64,000 nt of DNA from contig CM022667.1 in the NCBI GenBank assembly GCA_012295275.1, positions 9,176,001 to 9,240,000 on the forward strand. The letters are read 5' to 3'. How positions within the stretch are numbered: the stretch's first letter is position 1; the number at the start of each line of letters is the position of its first letter. This DNA is from Chrysomallon squamiferum. Lineage: Eukaryota; Animalia; Mollusca. The notes below the pieces were generated by a model that saw only the letters and a program-made list of their open reading frames with translations, was not told the origin of the DNA and searched no databases. Both the position numbers and the translations under genes were made by a program. Shown here piece after piece: positions 26,670 to 46,993 of this stretch.

Positions 26670-27406
26670 AACTGTCTCCAACAGGACGGACGTAGTTGTA
26701 GAGTAAAACACACGTCATGAAAAGAACAAGAATATTTAACTAAATAAAATTTTCTGATTTGATTACTAGTAACATGATTTGTGATTTGTTTGTTTGTTTA
26801 TTCGTTTCCTTGTTTAGTATTAGTTGATTTAATTATATATATTTAAATATATATATATATCATGTTAGTGTTATAAATGATTTAAAATATAGGTTATATT
26901 AGAAATGAGCGAACAAATTAACTTACAGACGTATTAGGTAATGTATAGTTAGATGAATGAATGAATAGAAAGATAAATGGATACATAAACTGACGAATGA
27001 TTTAATAGCTGGATGGATAGATAGTTGGATGAATGACTGTTATTTCACAAGGACAATTATATTATAAACGATTATATATATATGAAATGTGAATAAAATA
27101 GGTATCATCCCACAAACTCTAATCCAACTAATATTCGTTCATAGAAAATATATAGTTGTGCTTGAGAAACAACAACATAAAAAAAAAAAAAAAAAAAAAA
27201 AAATGAAATGATGATAATATCGATGATAATAATCTTGAATTTGAAATTCAGTAATCCGAGAAGAAAGCAAATCAGCATTCGACAAGAAATATAAATATTA
27301 CTGTTAAGATAAATTCATAGAGGGCTTGAGCACTGATTTATAATCATAGAAAAATTTCTACACAGACTGTCATGCTAGAAGAAAAAATCTAATCAGACTG
27401 AATGGC

Positions 27407-27486
<80 letters not shown>

Positions 27487-27950
27487 ACCACACATATACA
27501 CACAAACACACTAAATCTGTTCAGACTGAAACGTTAGAGAAAACATTTATGGAGAGAGAATATAAACGTGATGTTAACATAAGATAACACATTTGGAACT
27601 TAACATTCATACAAAGTTTACTACTTACGACAAAACAGTTATATGGCTGTGTTCACATCTAAGTTAAAAATATAAAATTACTGACATCAAAATAAATAAA
27701 TAAATAAATAAATGATTATGTTAATTAAACAGTGATCATGTACGTTATAGAGTGGTTGTTTATATTTATGTAAATACTAGCTGTTATTTAACCACAGTTA
27801 GTTTAGTTACGTCAGTCTGTGTTTTTTGTTGTTGTTGTTTTTTCACGTGAAACTCGAGACTGATTTTATCATGCGTGGTTGTTCTGTTTGTTTACGTCTG
27901 TGCGTGTTTGTTCTCATTGTCACAGTACGTTGTTTTTCATCTCAAGATTA

Positions 27951-28368
27951 TAGATCCTTTTGTTTATTTACGTTATGTTTACGATCGTTTTTATCGGTAG
28001 ATCATTTTGTTTATTTATGTTATGTTTACGATCGTTTTTATCGGTAGATCATTTTGTTTATTTACGTTATGTTTACGATCGTTTTTATCGGTAGATCCTT
28101 TTGTTTATTTACGTTATGTTTACGATCGTTTTTATCGGTAGACGATTTTGTTTATTTACGTTATGTTTACGATCGTTTTTATCGGTAGATGATTTTGTTT
28201 TTTTACGTTATGTTTACGATCGTTTTTATCGGTAGATGATTTTGTTTATTTACGTTATGTTTACGATCGTTTTTATCGGTAGATAATTTTGTTTATTTAC
28301 GTTATGTTTACGATCGTTTTTATCGGTAGATAATTTTGTTTTTTTACGTTATGTTTACGATCGTTTTG
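27951..28368. repeat. 47-bp minisatellite, about 9 copies
   Basis: Unit TGTTTATTTACGTTATGTTTACGATCGTTTTTATCGGTAGATCATTT; successive starts at 27961 and 28008; no spacers. Confidence 0.93.
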
Positions 28369-28624
28369 ATCACAAAATGGTTGTGTACTTTACGTGCCCG
28401 TTCTTGTCTCACAACGTGCTGTTTCTCTGTCTGGACGTTGGTGTCTCTGACTTGAATTGATTTTTACGTAAAATCCTGTCGTCGTATAGTTATCTATTTT
28501 TTTCTTTATTTAAACAATATCACTAGTAATCCAGATTCAGCACGAAATCCACACATTTCTCATAAAGTAAAATATCTGGAGGTGGAAGGAAGATTCACAG
28601 CTGACAAGGTTCTGAACGTGAAAC

Positions 28625-28946
28625 ATGGCTTCTTGGCGAACATTTTTTTGTATCGTTTTCTCCTTGCTCTGTTGTTGTAGTGCTGTCATTGTGCCATTTT
28701 ACTGTGGTAAGGACACATACATACATACATACATACATACGTACATACATACATACATACATACGTACATACATACATATATATATATAATGGCTTGAAA
28801 AAAAGATTTTTTTTTTTTCAATTCATCTGGTTTTTTTTGTTACAGAGTCGATTATTCTGTTATCACTAAAAATACTCGTTACAAAGAAGGCTTGTGAGAT
28901 TGTTGTAAATAATTTGTTAGACATTTTAAATATCTAATCGCAAAAC

Positions 28947-29008
<62 letters not shown>

Positions 29009-30063
29009 CTGCAAAGAAAGAGAGGTTTGTTTTTGACATTAACTGTTTAAGAATATTTTTCTATAATTTTCTTATCTTGGTTTCAATACTTTCACTTTTT
29101 AGATAGATGCAAGGTTAATAAAAATGACCCTTATTGTCAGTACTGCTGCTCGATGTACAAATGTTGTGGATCTGGTAAGTATTACATATTATTTAGGCAC
29201 ATACTAAATTCTGGTATAATTATATCGTGTAATATAAAATATTTTATGCTCTCTTAGTTCTAGTATGTAACAAAAAGAGTGTGGAACAATCATTAAATAT
29301 TATTAGTGTCGAAATATATATCATGTTGTGCAAGTAATATTAATAACATGTGTATTATTCAAAATAGTAAATTTATCATTACTGGTTATTTTTATTACTG
29401 TTGTTGTTGTAGTTGTTGTTGTTGTTGTTGTTGTTGTTTCTGAGAGTGGTAGCTGTAGTGGATCTATTATGTTTGTTGCTGTGGATTTTAAAAATTCGAT
29501 ATCTTACATAATATATAAATGTGTTCTTTGCTTACTAATTCCTTGCTATTTCACTTTATTGTCTTACCTTCAGAAACGCCGATGGAACAATGTAGTCTCG
29601 TTGCATGCGGCTGCAAACCTGCAACCACGACAACAACGATTTCTACTACTACGCCTACAACAACTACACCTTCAACAACAACACCTTTAACAACGACACC
29701 TACAACTACTCCAACTACGACAATACCAACGACAACAAAAGCACCGCGACGTAACATGATAATAATTAATATCAATGTTATCATGAATATTTGTATATAA
29801 TGTTTGCGGGTGTTTATATATATATACATACACACACACACATACAACTATATATATATGTCTTTCAGATTGTGCTCTTCCCTCCGGGGGTGTTTCTACT
29901 CGTATTCTAGGTGGTGAAACTCTCAGTGTGTGTGAAAGACCGTGGATGGTTCACTTCACAGTGGATGTGCCACAGCTCGAACTCAAACTGCCTGCGTGCG
30001 CGGGAGTCCTTGTTTCCGACACTCAGATACTCACATCCAAACAGTGCGCAGACCAGTTGTAAG

Positions 30064-30117
<54 letters not shown>

Positions 30118-30169
30118 GCTACTACTACTACTACCACTAACCACTACCACTACTACTACTACTACTGCT

Positions 30170-30207
<38 letters not shown>

Positions 30208-30217
30208 GCTTCTACTG

Positions 30218-30250
<33 letters not shown>

Positions 30251-30637
30251 GACCAGTTGTACTTATTTTTACTACTACTACTACTACTACTGCTTCTACT
30301 ATTACTACTACTAACTACTACTTACTACTACTATTATTATTATTATTAAAGAAGAATAACTGAAGAAGAATAACCAAACACTTTTCTGTGATTCTTAGAT
30401 TTTCAGCTGACGTATAATTTACATCTGTGTTTCAGCTTAGTGAATTCCTTGCCCGGTTCAACGATTGTGGCTAAGTTTGCCGATTCAGTGAAGTATTTAG
30501 AAACCAAGAGAGAAGTGACTAAGGAGAACATTGTTACAGATGGTATATATGTCTACGTTTATCTCTGTCTGTATGTCTGTCTGTCTGCCTCTAAAGCTAT
30601 CTATCTGTCTGTATGTGTATTTATAATCTCTCTCACG

Positions 30638-30725
<88 letters not shown>

Positions 30726-30853
30726 GTATCTATCTATCTATATATCTATCTATCTATCTATCTATCTATCTAATCTATCTATCTATCTATCTATCTGTCT
30801 GTCTGTCTGTCTGTCTCTCTGTCTCTCTGTCTATTTATGGTATCTATTTATGG

Positions 30854-30902
<49 letters not shown>

Positions 30903-31409
30903 CTATCTGTCTGTCTGTCTGACTGCCTGTCTGTCTGTCTGACTATTTTTTTATGACTATCTATCTGTCTGTCTGTGTAAGTGGGTATGCATGTATCTGC
31001 ATTACATCTGTCTGTCTGAATGTCTGTCTGTATATATGTATTTTGTGTTGCATACTTTGAGTAAATACACCTGTGATTTAATTTTCGCTGATTTTAGGCG
31101 ACATTGCTCTCGTGAATTTCTCGCCCAGGGTTCCCGTACATGAAGATTTCTGCATTCAGCCTGTGTGCCTGCCTGACGAATCAACAGTTTTCACTGAAGA
31201 CGAAAATCAGAAATGTAAGATTGCGTCGTGGGGATTGCCTGGTACGTAAACAACAACAACAACAACCCCCCATCCTATCAGAAACACCACAATCTCCAAA
31301 CAACGACAACAAAACAGTGTAACAAAAACTAGTAGGCTTATAATTAAATATAATTAAGATTTGACAAGATTTTACAGGTTGCCGTCGTTATCATTATGCC
31401 CATAAGTTT

Positions 31410-31450
<41 letters not shown>

Positions 31451-32672
31451 GCTCCTCCTCATCATCAAATACGGAACCATGACTACATTTGGTCAGCAGA
31501 CATTACCATATCCATATTAGATTATTAACCCCAAAAAGATTTAGTAATAATAATAAAACAATTAACAATAAATTTAGCTGAAAGTTTAAGAAATCTGTAT
31601 TAGTCAAACTGCACTAACATCGTTAAGCCAACAAAGTATAAATTAGTTTCAGCGAATTAGAAAATAAGTTTGATTATAAGTGACGATCCATTGCTCCTCT
31701 GCAACCATCTCTAAGCAAGATTTAAGAAAATAAAATGTCTAACACTGAAGATTAACCAGCGAGCCGCTAATCCTGGCCCCGAGACAAATTAAAATGAATA
31801 TTTTTCGTCCTGATCGTTCTGTATGAACGATCTCTTACTGTGTTTTCAGAACCTGTGACGACTCTGAAAGAAGCTGACGTGTCTCTGATGGCTTCGGCCG
31901 CGTGCAGGTTGGTTCTGGCAGCTCTGAGTTCTGTTGACGTCAACATCAAATCGCCAGCTGACGCTATCTGTACAAACCCACAGTCGTCAAAGGGATCTGC
32001 GTGTAAGGTAAAAACAGCTTTTTGTATCTCTAGAGCAAATTGACTATGCAGACTTGTTTTGTCTAGAACAAAATGTGTATACAAACTGTTTTGACTAGTA
32101 CAAAACGTGTATACAGACTGTATGACTAGAACAAAAAGTATATTCAGACTGTTTTCTTTAGAACAAAACGTGTATACAGACTGTTTTCTCTAGAACAAAG
32201 TTTGTATACAGACTATAGTGTCTAGAACAAAAGCTATACATAAAATGCTATATAGAGGACACTCTATACAGAACAAATTATTTACACAGACCATATATGT
32301 AACAATATAAGACTGTGGTACAGAAAGTTATATCTGTTTACTTATTTATTTATTTGTTTGTTTATTTGTTTATTTATTTATTTATTTATACATTTATTTA
32401 TTTACATATTTATTATTTATTTATTTGTACATTTATTTATTTATTTATTTATTTATACATTTATTTATTTATTTATTTGCTTGTTAATCAACATATTTAT
32501 CTGTCAGCTGGACGAAGGAGGTATGTTACTATGTCAGGATCAAGGAGACGAACGTGGACAGAACTGGATTCTAGCAGGACTAACGTTTGGTTCTCCTTGT
32601 AACTCGTCTTTGCCCAGTACCTTCGTGAACGTCACCAGTAATCTAGAATTCATTACATCTAAGCTGTCATAG
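28625..32672 (+). CDS. Non-catalytic S1A serine protease homologue B (about 364 aa)
   Basis: Exons 28625-28706, 29103-29174, 29574-29750, 29869-30058, 30436-30542, 31098-31241, 31850-32007, 32508-32672 give 1095 nt, open. [20 protein letters not shown] signal; [41 protein letters not shown]; TR|ILGG; LTSKQC (His57->Gln); GDIAL; PVCLP; ACKLDEGG (Ser195->Glu). Confidence 0.92.
32028..32245. repeat. Degenerate minisatellite of about 32-33 bp in intron 7 of homologue B
   Basis: Recurrent CTAGAACAAAACGTGTATACAGACTGTTTT-like units, about 6-7 copies. Confidence 0.75.
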
Positions 32673-32951
32673 AGAAACGAGCCATTTCAGTCTCACTGAG
32701 AAGTATAATAAAACACAGATTTTAAAATCGTTTAATGTTTGTTTTCTTACGCAGGCACAGACAGAGAAATCTAACGTTTAGTTTATTATATCAGTCACTC
32801 GTACTACGTTATGCAGAGCTAGAGTGATAGAAATAGAGAGATAGATTACACAGATATAGTTAAATAAAGATATAGAGATAGATAAATATAGATAGATATA
32901 TGTATGTATCTCTCTCTCTCTCTATATATATATATATGCTTATGTATGTAT

Positions 32952-33088
<137 letters not shown>

Positions 33089-33575
33089 GTTCACACAAAC
33101 ACACATATGTTTCCTATATCGCTTTTTCTCACAACGTAAATACAGTTCAGTACCAGCGAATCGACTTTCTAGCAATAAGTATAGTACAGAAGTAGACGTC
33201 TGCTACATTTGCAAATCGGCAAAATGTCTGAACATTGACCTAAGAACACCAGTTCGGTTTAGAGAAGGGAGCTGTCTGAGAAATAATAATAATAAAAAAA
33301 ATCCTACCAGTCCGTTATACTGCAGTTAGAATAGAATTTGCATTACAGTACAGGCCATCCACAGTCTTACGAGAAACTTTTAAATGTAACCTAATATTAA
33401 AACATGAACGTTTACACTTCACAAAGTGTGTCACGTTTCACTTGAAGATAATTAATCGACGACAGCTATGTTCATTCGTATTAGCTTTCGTGGTGTCAAT
33501 TCGTTCAACATTAGGCACTACACTCACTGTTTTAGTTCCCGGTATCAAGACACACATACATATATACAGAGAGAG

Positions 33576-33695
<120 letters not shown>

Positions 33696-34133
33696 ACGTA
33701 CACAAAGCATTCCCACAGGACCTTCCTGCTGTTATATAACTTTCAAAAGTAAGCGTCCTACTATGACCCCACACAAATAATTAATTTTCATGATTCATCC
33801 AAAACAATAACGTATACAGCAAGTTTGGTTTAACACTTCAGTGATTACGAAGTTTTTAAATAGCTGAATTAAAAGTATAGTTAATAGTTATGGAGATACA
33901 CCTTTTCAGTTTTAACTCATTCTTAACTCATTCTCTCTCTGTCTGTTTTTCCATCTATCTATTAATCTATCTGTCTGTCTGTCTATCTATCTATCAACCC
34001 ATCTATCTAGTTTTCTCTCATATTCTCTCTCTTTCTCTGAATCGCATATTATTTTTGTCTTTCTTTCTTTCTTTTTCTTTTGAACTTTCTCTGCCTACAA
34101 TCAATACGGATATACATTCTTTTTGTCTTTGTC

Positions 34134-34234
<101 letters not shown>

Positions 34235-34631
34235 TGGCACTGACGTTTGCAATTCTTTTCACTACACTTCTGTATCATTCACACACGTGCTCTTCAGAAA
34301 AACACAAACAATACTTACCAAATCACCTTCGTTTTCTATTCAAACGTGGTCAGAAGATTTCCTTCTTGTGTCATCTGGAGCTTGGCTTCTACCTTAACGA
34401 ATCAAATATTTCTAACAAACATATCACATTATAAATCCTGTTTCTATTATTTGATAACCCCGATGAAACCGATTCGAATTGAAATAATAATAAAAATAAA
34501 TCTCACCCTTTGTCTGCAAATCACGAAATAGAGTTTTCTAGCTGTCTTTACGTGCCATAAACGACGCTGAATATTCCGGGTGCTTCCTTGTAGAGAACAA
34601 TCACGAAAAGACGTCCAGACATCTGACAGGG

Positions 34632-34638
34632 TATATAA
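34632..34638 (+). promoter_or_regulatory. Putative TATA box of homologue C
   Basis: GTATATAAG about 70 bp upstream of ATG 34706 in non-repetitive context. Confidence 0.5.
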
Positions 34639-34705
34639 GTAGAGGGTTGACTGGTGAGGAAAACTAAAAGGACCAGAGAAAGACTCTAGGACAGGAATTC
34701 TCGCA

Positions 34706-39483
<4,778 letters not shown>

Positions 39484-40282
39484 AAGAAGAAAAAAAAACT
39501 GGAACGAAAACCAGATACACTACTGATCAGTAGAAATTAAAATGTAGTCGAAAAGCAATCGCCTTTTTTTCTTGTTTGTTTTTTATTTTTTTATTTATTA
39601 TTTTTTTTTTTTTTTGGTATTTTGAATACTCGTGATTTTTGCTCTCACGAATCGAAATGGTATACGACTGTTGTATCACGTGACTTGTTATAACACATTG
39701 ACGTGTGTGTGTGTGTGTGTGTATGTGTGTTTGTTTGTGTCTGTATGTCTCTGTGTGTGTAGGTGTTTTTTTTTTAATGAAAAATGCTTTTTAAAATGGT
39801 AGTTTACGATCTGAACCAGTAATTAAAGCAACAACTCTGAACAAAATAACAAATTCCATCCCAGAAAACTAAATTTTTGGTCATCATATCTTGCCACTAC
39901 ATATACTACATACCATATATATGTAGTCTCTTTATATATCTTACATTTGGCGTACATATTTACGTCTGTCTGTCAGTCGTTTAGTACTTTTGTACTTATA
40001 TATTAATACAAATACTTAAAACCACATATTTATTTTTCGTTTTGTATATTGTCTGTATGTGCGTGTGTGCGTGTTTTTTTGTTAGTTTGGTCACTAAAGA
40101 CGTTTCGCTTATATTTGCATTGAAAACGAACTGATATGTTGATCAAACTGGTCAGCTTCAAACAATACAAAACCTTTCTGAACGTCCTTATGTATGTATA
40201 TTACATGTTATTTTCATAAAATGGATTAAAAAATAAAATAAAATAATATAAAATAATAAATAAATAAATAAATAAATAAATA

Positions 40283-40316
<34 letters not shown>

Positions 40317-41499
40317 AATAAACATAAGCAAAAAAATAAAACAACAAAATAAATATAAAAAAAAAAATAATAATAATAAAAATAAAACAGTAACAACAAA
40401 ACAACAACAGAACAAATAAAAAATAAGATTTTTTCTTTTTTTTTTAATCCATAACAGCAGGTTCAGTTTCAATACAGTCTTTAAAAAGCAGGCTCTTCTT
40501 AAACAAATACCAGCCCTGCTTGTCAGATATTCAAACTAAAGACAGATTAACAATGGATTAATGAACAAATGAAAGAATGAAAAAACGAATGGACAGATAA
40601 TTGTTTTATAACTCGTGATGAGATACCAGTTTAAAGCTTTTATGTTTTCACAAACATTAGCTATCTGTCTGTCTGTCTATGTATGTCTATCTGTCTATCT
40701 GTCTGTCTGTCTGTCTATCTTTCCATCTGCCTGTCTTGTTCTCTTTCTATATGCATGTATGTATGTGTGTGTGTATCTATATATATGTATGTATGTGTAT
40801 GTGTATGCATGTGTGTATGTATGTATGTGTGTGTATATATATATATACATATATACATATATCTGTGTGTATATGTATATATATATATGTGAGTGTGTGT
40901 ATATGTGTGTGTGCGTGCGTGCGTGTATGTGTGTCATTAAAAACGTATAATAATCATGGTGATACAGGTTTAAAGGGACTCAGCAGGGTTGATTTTAGAC
41001 ATTGATGAAAACACAAGCACCAGTTCATTCTGACGTTTCTCAGTTTTGTTTTTCTACTGAACACTCGCCCTCTGCTGCCGCACCCGAGTCTCACGCCTGT
41101 CTCCTGACTTATACTAAGTCTTGTACGAACAGTCTTTTCTTTTAAATCTTCTCTCTGTTTGAACTTCTGAAAATATAGAAAATTATTTTAAATATAAACA
41201 GAAAAAGTATCGCCTAACGGTATTAACAACAAAACAACGCATACAAGCGCAAATATATATATATATATATACACACATACATACATACATATATATATGT
41301 TCGTACGTACATACATACATACAAACATACATACATACATTCATACGTACATACATACATACATACGTACGTACGTACGTATATATATATATAGTAGATA
41401 TTATAGACATATCAGAGACAGTGAAAGAACATTACATGAGATTTTCTAGTACATATATACATTATGTACGTACGTACATACATGTAAATATACTTACCT

Positions 41500-41710
41500 T
41501 TTGTCTTGATGGATGAACGGTAAAGTTGTCCACTTTCGGAAAAACGGTGAAAGAATGGATGTCATACGTTCGAGTCTCGTCTGCGGCATCTGACGGGTTT
41601 GTGATGTCGTGATTGGACTTTGTCCTCCTGCGCCAGTGCGTTCCCGAATATTGTCTATGTGCAGAGTCTATTCAGACGTACATAAGACAGAGAATATTCA
41701 AAATCCTAAA
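41500..41710 (+). mobile_element. tRNA-derived SINE, near full length
   Basis: GTCTTGATGGATGAACGGTAAAG...GTTCGAGTCTCGTCTGCGGCATCTGACGGGTTTGTGATG...GTGCAGAGTCTATTCAGACGTACATAAGACAGAGAA; aligns by eye with 26209-26420. Confidence 0.82.
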
Positions 41711-42147
41711 GATATACACATATATTCATACATACATTATGTTTTACAAAGATTTTACAAATAAATTCGGTTAAGAATATTCAGAAGTTTTGAAATGTTT
41801 TCTCGAATTATTATTATTTTTTTTTTTCTTGGATTTTAAGAAAGGATACTTTCTAAATAGGTTTTGAAACAGTTTTAGAGATGTACCGTTTTGTTCTGGA
41901 AGTTGTATTTATATATACCTCTGAACGCTTTTCGATATATTTTTAAAACATCATATGACTGCGAATCTGTCATATAATAACACGATGGCAAAATAATAAA
42001 CAACTATGTAGCCAAACACAGCCCAGAACCAGTTAACTAATTTTAAAACTAAACATATCAAATATACATTACAATGGTCAACTTTAAATAAACTGGAATC
42101 CCTAAAGATAATATATATATATATATATATAAAACTCACTGGGTCAA

Positions 42148-42202
<55 letters not shown>

Positions 42203-42211
42203 TATATATAT

Positions 42212-42248
<37 letters not shown>

Positions 42249-42854
42249 TATATATATAAAAACATAGATACATAGAATATATATATTTTCAAAGTAGGAA
42301 TTAAAAAATTATTATGCTAATTATTTTGAGTCAAGTGAGTTTTTTGTTATTGAAACAACATAGCGACATAGGGCACTTTTTCAAAGTTCATGATAAACGC
42401 TTTTCTATCTATGAAAAAAAAAAAAAAAAATATGAGTATGAAATAACGTCATATCGCGATATTTTTTTAGTTTTATTTCTTTTTGTTCTGTTTCTTTTTT
42501 GTTTTTTGTTTTTGTTTTTTTAACGTAGAAATATTTCGCGTGCTTCCTGGTTTATTAGGTCACCGAGCACGTCTGTATGTGCACCAAGTTCACTGTTTAC
42601 ACCATTACGTTTACAAAACTGTTTTCTCTTCTTTTCATAATCCCCACGATTCGTCTCGTCAGTGTAAACACTGAACCGGCTTCGTAAAACATCCAATCTC
42701 TGTGTTACACGAGCTCATAATCACAACAGTATTTCCGTGTAGTTAGCACATACAGTACGCCGCTTTTTTAAAAATTATTATTATTATTATTATTATTAAC
42801 AGTTCAAAGAGCTGTTCAACGCAATGATGGAACAGTAACAACAAACTAAAAATG

Positions 42855-42886
<32 letters not shown>

Positions 42887-42995
42887 CCACAGATTTATTA
42901 TACTCGTCACGAATTAGGCACGAAATCTTGTGTTCGTGGTTAGTTTCCTGGTTCTGATTTTATTTCAGAAGAAACATCAAAAAGTTTTGTTGCTC

Positions 42996-43001
42996 TATAA
43001 A
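42996..43001 (+). promoter_or_regulatory. Putative TATA box of homologue D
   Basis: CTATAAA about 60 bp upstream of ATG 43059. Confidence 0.45.
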
Positions 43002-43058
43002 TTGACTGATAGTTTTTGGGGTTTTTTTTTTTTAATTTAGTACAGTTAGAAGACCGGC

Positions 43059-43321
43059 ATGATGGCAACTTTCAGAATTTCACTTTGCGTTTTCTTCTTT
43101 CAGTGGCTTTTCTCTTCAGCTGCATATGTTCCGTCGTTTTGTCGTGAGTATTGTCGTTAACGTCATCGTTGTCGTCGTCGTTGTTGTTGTTGCGTTGTCG
43201 TTGTCGTTCTTATTATTTTAATTTCGTTTAACGTTTGATTTAATTTAACAATTAAGAATATTTGTTTTTAATTATTCGATTAATCTAAAATAATAAATAA
43301 AAATGAAATGATAAAAAACCC

Positions 43322-43368
<47 letters not shown>

Positions 43369-43656
43369 CAATAATAATAATAATAATAACAACAACAACA
43401 ATAACAACAATAATAAATAAATAAATAAAACGATAAATAAATAAATAAATAAATAAACAAACAAACAAATAAATACAGACGATAATAACACAGAAATCTA
43501 TTTGACTCAAAATTTTATATTTAATTTTTGTTTTATTTCAAAGGAAGATGCGAAATTAGCACTCAAGATCCATACTGTTTGTACTGCTGCTCTGTATTCG
43601 AATGCTTTAATTCAGGTAATCTGTATTTCTACTTGAGTGTTTTTATTATATATATG

Positions 43657-43687
<31 letters not shown>

Positions 43688-44891
43688 TCGTTTTTTCTTC
43701 TATAGAATGGTATTAGAGCAGACATATAGTGCAAATATTGAGACATTGGTTTTCTTAGCTCTTATTGTTTTCCATCAATTTCTTTCTCATTCATTTAACA
43801 AAAATTGATCTCTGTAACTTTCTGTCTATCGAACTGCACATACTATAAAAATATATCGGTGTGCTAATCGATACATCGAACCAGAGTGCGATACAGTGAT
43901 AATACACGTCAAAGTGTAATGTTGACAGTTAATATATAATTACTGTCATCATTGTAACGATATTGATATAGTGTTAAATGTAACTAAAGCCGATTAATAT
44001 CTAAAACTGGTACAAACGTAACAAAAGTCCGGCATTTTATCTACAAAAGCGATAATGTATATTCATGTAAATATAACAAATATTCGTAATTCTACAAAGA
44101 GTATAAATGTAATCAAAGGTTGGTTAGATTTACAAATAGGATAACGTAATAATAGATAAATATAACGAAAGCTCCGTAATGTTGACAAATAGGATAATGT
44201 AATCATATATAAATGTAACAAAAGCTCCGTAATGTTGACAAAAAGAATAATAACGTAATTACATATAAATGTAATCAAAGCTCCATAATGTTGACAAATA
44301 GGATAACCTAATTATATATAAATGTATCAAAAGCTCCGTAATGTTGACAAATATGATAACGTAATTCCATATAAATGTAACTAAAGCTCCATAATGTTGA
44401 CATAAAGAATAATAACGTAATTACATATAAATGTAATAAAAGCTCGTAATGTTGACAAATAGGATAACGTAATTCCATATAAATCTAACTAAAGCTCCAA
44501 AATGTTGACAAAAAGAATAATAACGTAATTATATATAAATGTAATCAAAGCTCCGTAATGTTGACAAATAGAATGACGTAATTATATATAAATGTAAACA
44601 AAGATCCACAGTGTCTACAAATAGAGTCCAGGTCTTTACACAAAGGTTAACACCAATTACATAAATGAATTTAATGTAACGCTTATGACGACTACAAATA
44701 CGATATCGATTTACAGTTATATGTAACCAAAGCCTCATAATGTCTACAGATAGGATAACGTTATTACACGTAACCGTAACCCAAACTCGGTAATGTCTAC
44801 AAATGTCTACAAATACACGTAAACATCATGACAGTGAAAATAACAAATATGTTACAACTTCTGTAACTTGGTTAGAAGCGCTGATTTTTTA

Positions 44892-44939
<48 letters not shown>

Positions 44940-45338
44940 TTGTTTCTATATTTAAAAATCCGTAACAAAGAATCTGTGTCATCTGCATCATTTTCTAAAA
45001 TTATTTATCGATTAAAGGAAGTAAAAACATATTATCATATAAACGTGTTTTTTTTAAAGAGACAGCTGAAGAAGAGTGTCGAAGTATCCAATGTGGTTGT
45101 ACGACAACAGCAACAACGACCCCTGAAACAGACGTTAAGACAGCTGCCCCGACTTCTACTTTAACACCAGCGACTACGAAACAAAGAAGTAAGTAAATTC
45201 AGTAACATTTTTCACCTTCTAAATTTGTTTTGATTGTAGGGACTGAGTTTGAGACAGAGTTTGTGTATAGACCAAAAGTTATGTCAACATTGTCAAGGCA
45301 TTAATGATGATGATGATGATGATGATAATAATAATACA

Positions 45339-45385
<47 letters not shown>

Positions 45386-45847
45386 CAATAATAATTATAA
45401 TAATAATAATAATGATAAACAATAATAATTAATAATAAACTACTAATAATAATTATAATAATAATAATAATAATAATAATAAAATAATTAATAAATACTA
45501 AAATAATAAAAATAATTGGTAATAATTAATAATAATAACAATACAAATAATAAGAAGAAGAAGAAGAAGAATAATAATAAAGAAGAAGAAGAAGAAGAAG
45601 AAGAAGAACTGAAAAGAAAGTAATAAACATTTCTTTCAGTGTGTCATCTACGTCAGTCGGGGTCACGTGTTTTGGGCGGGGACTCAGTGAGTGTGTGTGA
45701 CAGGCCGTGGATGGTTCACTTCGTAATGAAAAGTGCAGAGTCCGTGTTTCCGTTCTGTTCCGGTGTCCTCGTCGGCGAAAACCACATCCTAACTTCCTCA
45801 AACTGTGCAGAGATGTAAGTTTAGTGCTTTTATATATAACCGTATAC

Positions 45848-45898
<51 letters not shown>

Positions 45899-46504
45899 AT
45901 AATAATACTAATACTGATGCTAACTACTAATAATGATGTGGAGGAGGAGGATAAAGATAATAATCTAATAATGAAGATGATAATCATAATGATAATCATG
46001 ATGTCAATAATAACAATATCAATAACAATAAATCATAAATAAACATATTTTCCAAGTGTGAATTTATTTCCATAATTTATGTTTCGCTGTTTGTACGAAA
46101 CAAAGAAAATATACACCCCCACCACCACACCAGAATAACAGTATATTACACAGGGAGAGAACTGCTAATAAATCATGTCGTTTGCAGGATTAGTTCTTCC
46201 AGTGTTAACACACTCGCTCGCTTTGCCGATTCCCAGACCTACTTAGAAACTGAAAGACCAATTAGTCCGGAAAACATCAACGTAAAAGGTATCGCTGGAA
46301 AAAACCCCACAAAAAAACATTTATTATTTGTATGGTTATAGACACGCGGTTAATTCTAAAGCTGCGTTCACAGTGTGTGATTTGTTGTTCCAGCTTGTAA
46401 GATAGTCGTAAGTCGTTATCGGTGTCGTACCGACTAGAACTCAAAATTTGTTTGAGAAAATTAGTAAAATAATCTGTAATACACATTAATGTCCCTTAGA
46501 TTTT

Positions 46505-46587
<83 letters not shown>

Positions 46588-46925
46588 CATGAATGTACAT
46601 ATATATTTTTGGGTAAATGTGATTTCAGTTACGGTTTTCGAACAAACATTAAGATGCTGGAGTCTGTGAAGAATCTGAAAACGTCATGTTAGAAATGAAC
46701 AGTGTATGATCTTGCCTTTTCAGATGACATTGCTGTTGTGAAGTTCAGTCCTAGAATACCGCGGGGTGAACATTTCTGCATACAGACTGTCTGCCTGCCT
46801 GACAGCACGACGCGTTTCACTGAAGATGCAAATCAACAGTGCAAAATAGCATCGTGGGGCTGGAGAGGTGTTTATGACGTCGTTCTCTCTCTCCCCATCT
46901 GCCTGTCTGTCTGTCTGTCTGTCTG

Positions 46926-46993
<68 letters not shown>

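Noticed and set aside
27951-28368. CRISPR-like appearance of the 47-bp array
   Set aside because: Units are head-to-tail with no unique spacers, there are no cas genes, and the context is eukaryotic.
30051-30261. GACCAGTTGTA direct repeats flanking a (CTA)n tract, resembling a target-site duplication
   Set aside because: Only microsatellite lies between them; local slippage duplication is sufficient and no element features are present.
43970-44810. CRISPR-like appearance of the 55-bp array
   Set aside because: Degenerate contiguous tandem units inside an intron; no spacers.
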